NCBI GenBank assembly: GCA_051439505.1
Contig: JBFRWI010000135.1
Span: forward strand, 32,001-96,000
DNA from: Hormoscilla sp.
Lineage (GTDB): Bacteria > Cyanobacteriota > Cyanobacteriia > Cyanobacteriales > Desertifilaceae
Reading direction: 5' to 3'
Length of the DNA: 64,000 bases
A program made the translations under genes and the position numbers. Below the pieces are notes generated by a model. The model was given only the letters and a program-made list of their open reading frames with translations, was not told the origin of the DNA and did not search any database. Below are positions 59,577 to 64,000 of this stretch, in pieces (position 1 is the stretch's first letter; each line of letters begins with the position of its first letter).

Positions 59577-61583
59577 CTACGATCGCTGTCCGACTAACTT
59601 CTCTCGCAACTGCTTCAGGCGATCGCGATATTTTGCGGCTTTTTCAAACTCCAAATTTTTGGCAGCTTCCTTCATCTGTGCTTCCAATTGGGTAATCACT
59701 TCGGGAATTTGTTCTAAGGACAGATCCTCTACCTGTGCGGAAACTGCTTCTAACTCCCGCACATTCAAGCGCCGGGAAACATCCAGAAATGCTAATATCG
59801 CATTACTGGATTTCTTGACGATCGGTTGGGGAGTGATTCCGTGCATCTTATTATATGCCATCTGAATCCCTCGCCGCCGATCGGTCTCTTCTATGGCCCG
59901 CTTCATGCTATCTGTCATATTATCCCCATAGAGGATCGCTTGTCCCCGAACGTGACGGGCCGCGCGACCGATCGTTTGGATCAGAGAACGTTCCGCCCGC
60001 AAAAAACCTTCTTTATCTGCATCCAAAATTGCTACCAGGGAAACTTCTGGTAAATCTAACCCTTCCCGCAACAAGTTGACGCCAATTAGCACGTCAAAAT
60101 TACCTTCCCGCAAATCCTGCAAGATTTCAATCCGTTGAATTGATTGGATCTCGGAATGCAGATAGCGCACCCGTATTCCTCTCTCTTCCAGATAGTCGGT
60201 TAAATCTTCCGCCATCCGCTTGGTGAGAGTTGTCACTAACACCCGTTCCGACTTTTCCACCCGGTTTTTAATTTCCCCTAGCAAGTCGTCAACTTGACCT
60301 GCTGTGGGTCGCACGCTAATTTCCGGGTCGATCACCCCTGTGGGTCTAATTACTTGTTCGATCACCTCATCTTGGGAAATTTCCAGTTCCCATTCTCCTG
60401 GGGTAGCCGAGACAAATATACATTGATTCACCTTTTCCCAAAATTCCTCTGCTTTTAGGGGACGGTTGTCGGCGGCGCTGGGCAGGCGAAACCCATGTTC
60501 TATCAATACCTGCTTCCGAGACCGATCGCCATTGTACATCCCCCTAATTTGCGGTACGGTAACGTGAGATTCATCCACCACTAATAACCAATCTTTGGGG
60601 AAATAATCAACCAAACATTCTGGGGGTTCCCCCGGGTTCCGTCCTGCTAAATGGCGGGAATAGTTCTCCACGCCGTTGCAAGTCCCCACCTCAGACAGCA
60701 TGTCGATATCGTATTTTGTCCGCTGTTCGAGACGCTGGGCTTCTAATAATTTACCCGCATGTTCTAATGCTGTCAAGCGCTGTTGTAATTCAGCTTTGAT
60801 CTCCTCACAAGCAGCTTCCAGTCGGTCGGCGGGAGTGACGAAGTGACGGGCCGGGTAAATATTTACAGCCTCCAGATCCTGGATGGTTTTACCGGTTACG
60901 GGGTCAACATAGAGAATAGCGTCTATTTCATCCCCAAAGAATTCTACTCGAATGATGCGGTCTTCGTAAGCGGGTCCTATTTCCAGCACATCCCCTTTGA
61001 CCCGGAATTTTCCCCGACCTAGATCTATATCGTTGCGGCTATATTGGATCGTAGCTAAATCTCGCAGCAGTTGACGTTGGTCTATTTCCGATCCTATTCT
61101 GAGGGGAATGGAGGCTTTCAGATATTCTGCGGGAATTCCTAATCCGTAAATGCAACTGATGGAGGCTATGACTATGACATCCCGCCTTTCAAACAGCGAT
61201 CGGGTGGCGGAATGGCGCAGCATGTCAATTTCATCGTTAATGGAAGCGGTTTTTTCGATGTAAGTATCGCTGACGGGAATGTAAGCTTCCGGTTGGTAAT
61301 AGTCGTAGTAGCTGATGAAATATTCTACAGCATTGTTGGGGAAAAATTCTCGCAACTCGTTACACAACTGGGCGGCGAGGGTTTTGTTGTGGGCCAGAAT
61401 TAATGTCGGTTTGCCGATTTTTTCGATAACGCAGGCCACCGTGTAGGTTTTCCCCGTTCCCGTCGCCCCTAACAGGGTTTGGTAGCTGTTTCCCCCTTGG
61501 ATGCTGGTCGTCAGTTGCCTGATCGCATCTGGTTGGTCTCCCGTGGGTGCAAATGGTGCTTGGATCTGAAATGGTGTCATCAT
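59577..61583 (-). CDS. uvrB: Excinuclease ABC subunit B
   Basis: [36 protein letters not shown]-terminal UVR domain. Confidence 0.98.
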   Translation of the reverse strand: MMTPFQIQAPFAPTGDQPDAIRQLTTSIQGGNSYQTLLGATGTGKTYTVACVIEKIGKPTLILAHNKTLAAQLCNELREFFPNNAVEYFISYYDYYQPEAYIPVSDTYIEKTASINDEIDMLRHSATRSLFERRDVIVIASISCIYGLGIPAEYLKASIPLRIGSEIDQRQLLRDLATIQYSRNDIDLGRGKFRVKGDVLEIGPAYEDRIIRVEFFGDEIDAILYVDPVTGKTIQDLEAVNIYPARHFVTPADRLEAACEEIKAELQQRLTALEHAGKLLEAQRLEQRTKYDIDMLSEVGTCNGVENYSRHLAGRNPGEPPECLVDYFPKDWLLVVDESHVTVPQIRGMYNGDRSRKQVLIEHGFRLPSAADNRPLKAEEFWEKVNQCIFVSATPGEWELEISQDEVIEQVIRPTGVIDPEISVRPTAGQVDDLLGEIKNRVEKSERVLVTTLTKRMAEDLTDYLEERGIRVRYLHSEIQSIQRIEILQDLREGNFDVLIGVNLLREGLDLPEVSLVAILDADKEGFLRAERSLIQTIGRAARHVRGQAILYGDNMTDSMKRAIEETDRRRGIQMAYNKMHGITPQPIVKKSSNAILAFLDVSRRLNVRELEAVSAQVEDLSLEQIPEVITQLEAQMKEAAKNLEFEKAAKYRDRLKQLREKLVGQRS

Positions 61584-61769
61584 AAGTTGCGAGTTCGTTC
61601 AACTCCTTCACTTCGCTGCCAGCCCGCCGGGGGTTCAAACCCCCGGCTAATAGCTAAAGTCGGTTAAAACCGACTAATATAATTTACATGGTTTTCAACA
61701 ATTTTTATTTATTTTTATCATAACTTGCGCTTTCAACTCCTTATCTTTGCTTTTATCCCGCCTGGTAGT

Positions 61770-61988
61770 TTAACATTTCAGGCCGCAGGTCGATCGGATA
61801 ACTATTAGCTGTTCGGCCCGGACGGCAAAACTGGCGTAGGTACAGCCATCATTGTCGCTGAATTCCACTTCAAAAACATTTGGGGCTAAAATTTAGACCA
61901 CTGTACCAACTTGCCCTCGGCGCAAACCCCGATCGGGCAATTCCTCAGTTAGCGCTACGACATCAAGCATCTGGATGTTCCTCTTCAT
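61770..61988 (-). pseudogene. DUF4926 domain gene with an internal stop
   Basis: MKRNIQMLDVVALTEELPDRGLRRGQVGTVV*ILAPNVFEVEFSDNDGCTYA; TAA at 61893-61895 where GAA is expected. Confidence 0.8.
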
Positions 61989-62070
61989 TTAATCTCCTCG
62001 TTCTTTCATGACCGACCTGTACTATAATTATAACGTATTTGTCATGTTTTTGTGTTTTGTTAAAAAAAAC

Positions 62071-62556
62071 GTGAAAACTATATCGCAACTTGACGCGCCT
62101 AGAATTCCCGATCGCAGCTTAGGCGGCTTTGACTTAAGAACGCCTATTCGCGAGTTCAGCGATTTGTTAGTTGGCTTAGGTTCGTGGAGAGAAGGGTTCT
62201 GTGAATTAGCATCAGCCTTTGAAGCCCGATATCGCCTGGGAAAAGGCGAAATCGAACTTGCTGTTGACGTGAGAAATGGCAAAATGTTTAAGATCGCAGC
62301 TTACCCGGGATACAAAGGAAAGCTGTTCGACAAAATTGTTGTGGGCATGAGAGTGAAAGCAGCAATGGAGTATGAACCCAGGTTATTTTACAGTGAAGCA
62401 GAAGCAGCGATTCTCTGTCAATATTTCCCGGGTCTGACTCTGGACGTTCCTGACATTGATCCGCCACCGGAATTAATCCCAGATATGACGATTTCGGCAA
62501 TTTCCGTACATATTGCAGAACTCTACACTCCGCGAGGAATGTCTGGCGACTGGTAA
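62071..62556 (+). CDS. Hypothetical protein
   Basis: About 161-aa ORF; no recognised motif. Confidence 0.55.
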   Translation: MKTISQLDAPRIPDRSLGGFDLRTPIREFSDLLVGLGSWREGFCELASAFEARYRLGKGEIELAVDVRNGKMFKIAAYPGYKGKLFDKIVVGMRVKAAMEYEPRLFYSEAEAAILCQYFPGLTLDVPDIDPPPELIPDMTISAISVHIAELYTPRGMSGDW

Positions 62557-62601
62557 CCATAGTCTCTCACCCACAAAAAGGGGTGACATTACCCCATTTA
62601 C

Positions 62602-63012
62602 TCACTCCTCGGTCGATAGCCAGTCTTCTAACTTCAGTCCCGGAACCCGCTGCATGTCAGAATCGTGAGAAACTAGAGTCAAGTCACGGGCGATCGCCGT
62701 TGCCGCGATTAAAATATCTGCATCTCCTATCGGCGTCCCCCTACGCTTTAACGCTGCATGGATCGCTGATGCCCTTTCTACAATTTCCATGTCATCCAAG
62801 AATAAAACTGTCACTTCTTGGCAAAACCTGTTAAAGATAGACAGCTTTCTGGTGGCATTAACGGCTAGCAGTCCTCTTTTAACTTCGTAGTAAGTTATGC
62901 AACTAATTGATACATCTTGCCCTAAACTATCCAACTGCCGGTATTTTTTCTTTACTGGTTCGTTGTTTTTGACAATGGCCGTCACTATGTTCGTATCCAG
63001 CAGATAACCCAT
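62602..63012 (-). CDS. vapC: VapC PIN-domain toxin
   Basis: YLLDTNI, ITYYEV, IGDADILIAATA, LVSHD. Confidence 0.9.
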   Translation of the reverse strand: MGYLLDTNIVTAIVKNNEPVKKKYRQLDSLGQDVSISCITYYEVKRGLLAVNATRKLSIFNRFCQEVTVLFLDDMEIVERASAIHAALKRRGTPIGDADILIAATAIARDLTLVSHDSDMQRVPGLKLEDWLSTEE

Positions 63013-63014
63013 TT

Positions 63015-63314
63015 TTACCATCTCCCTTCTACGGCAGCGTCAAAATTTTCCATTTCTTCTGGACTGAGATCGTCTAACATTCCCGACAACAACTCTAGCA
63101 CCAGCATTTTCTTGATTCTGCGGGTTAGTTCGCGATCGTCGATCGCATGGAATTGCTCCGCCGACAAATTTTCTTCCATTGTTGTATAGACTATGGAAAT
63201 CATTTCCTCTGGATCTAATTCCTGCTGAAATTGGCTATCTTCTTGAATCGCATTTTCTACGATTCCGGATATCCGGGTAAATGTTGCGTTTTTGCTGGTA
63301 GCTTCTGCTATCAT
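63015..63314 (-). CDS. Putative antitoxin cognate to VapC
   Basis: Acidic 99-aa ORF directly upstream of vapC, ggagg RBS. Confidence 0.7.
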   Translation of the reverse strand: MIAEATSKNATFTRISGIVENAIQEDSQFQQELDPEEMISIVYTTMEENLSAEQFHAIDDRELTRRIKKMLVLELLSGMLDDLSPEEMENFDAAVEGRW

Positions 63315-63373
63315 ACAATCCTCCTAATTATTATGCAATAGAACAACGGTTCTGGCCCCCTTCCTCAAGGATA

Positions 63374-64000
63374 TCAGATAACTTGGGATAATGCCTGTAG
63401 GAATTCTGCTGCCGTCTTAAAATGGATCTGTGGGTTATCAATTAGGGCCAGGTCTATTACTTCTGCTAGATCCTTGGGAAGGGATGGGTTGCGCTGTAAT
63501 ATGGGCACCGCATTGGTCTGCAATATTACTAACCACGGTTCTGGTTTAGCATCAAAGTTGCGCGGGTAGGTTCCCGTAAGCATATAATATAAAACTGCTG
63601 CTGCTGCCCACACGTCAACTTCTGGTAAGGCATATTTAAAATCTATTACTTGCTGTCGGGGCATAAAGCAGGGCGTCCCTGCTTTGGTCCCCGTGGCCGT
63701 CAGTCCGCTTAGTCCTGCTAAATCGAAGGCTTTCGATAACCCGTAGTCGGCGATCTTCGCTATGGGAAAACTATCAATATTGGTCAGTAAGATATTACTC
63801 GGTTTCAGATCCCGATGGACCAATCCTCGACCCGTGTTAACGCGACTATCTGCTAGTTTGACTTCGGGAAGATAGGCGTTGTGGGCGTATGCTAATCCTT
63901 CCAGGACTTGCTTGATAATGGGGATGGCTGTTTCTAGGTCTAGTTTACCTCCCCGGCGCGAGATGAAGTCTGCTAAACTGCCTCCTTCACAATATTCTAA
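63374..64000 (-). CDS. Ser/Thr protein kinase, 5' end outside window
   Basis: Frame open to the window edge: LEYCEGGSL...VHRDLKPSNIL...IADYGL...GTPCFMP...DVW. Confidence 0.93.
   Translation of the reverse strand, partial: LEYCEGGSLADFISRRGGKLDLETAIPIIKQVLEGLAYAHNAYLPEVKLADSRVNTGRGLVHRDLKPSNILLTNIDSFPIAKIADYGLSKAFDLAGLSGLTATGTKAGTPCFMPRQQVIDFKYALPEVDVWAAAAVLYYMLTGTYPRNFDAKPEPWLVILQTNAVPILQRNPSLPKDLAEVIDLALIDNPQIHFKTAAEFLQALSQVI

Noticed and set aside
59360..59695. 111-aa ORF as the HEPN partner of the MNT gene
   Set aside because: No RxxxxH motif or HEPN-like pattern; overlaps the uvrB 3' end on the opposite strand.
1..64000. Very frequent GCGATCGC
   Set aside because: This is the well-known cyanobacterial HIP1; useful only for taxonomy.
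1..64000. Autonomous transposase, integrase, reverse transcriptase, cas, rRNA or tRNA genes
   Set aside because: None recognised in the window, so any enzyme acting on the MITEs, REPs or mini-CRISPR must be encoded elsewhere.

Overview
64 kb of a filamentous cyanobacterial chromosome: the HIP1 octamer GCGATCGC is abundant, heptamer STRR repeats are present, and hmp/hps motility genes suggest an Oscillatoriales-like organism (taxon is inference). The core backbone includes ccsA/ccsB, tilS, hmpF with the hmpA-E/pilGHIJL chemosensory cluster, prolyl oligopeptidase, pepP, argG, rpsF, glyA, a wecA-like gene, cinA, aroQ, an InrS/CsoR-type regulator, an htrA/hho protease, tadA, grxC, an HDAC-family gene, hpsE and uvrB. 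Accessory islands lie at about 0-4.8, 8-14, 30-38.4 and 58-64 kb. Most notable are two unrelated accessory genes (a 157-aa helical hypothetical protein and an Fn3-domain protein), each abutting an array of 11 x 21-bp units with a central palindrome. Also found: a sigma70 promoter, leader, single degenerate type I-D-like CRISPR repeat, spacer-sized segment and terminator with no cas genes; a Trypco2 gene next to a CHAT-TM-GUN4 gene; several MITE families with clear TIRs and 9-10-bp TSDs, including nested copies; an NB-ARC relic cut at its P-loop; an 18-20-bp dispersed repeat embedded in chemotaxis genes; an Hpt-less CheA; and repeated toxin decay beside intact antitoxins. A 16-codon internally deleted Uma2 mini-gene is also present. 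All family calls are by motif recognition, without database searches.
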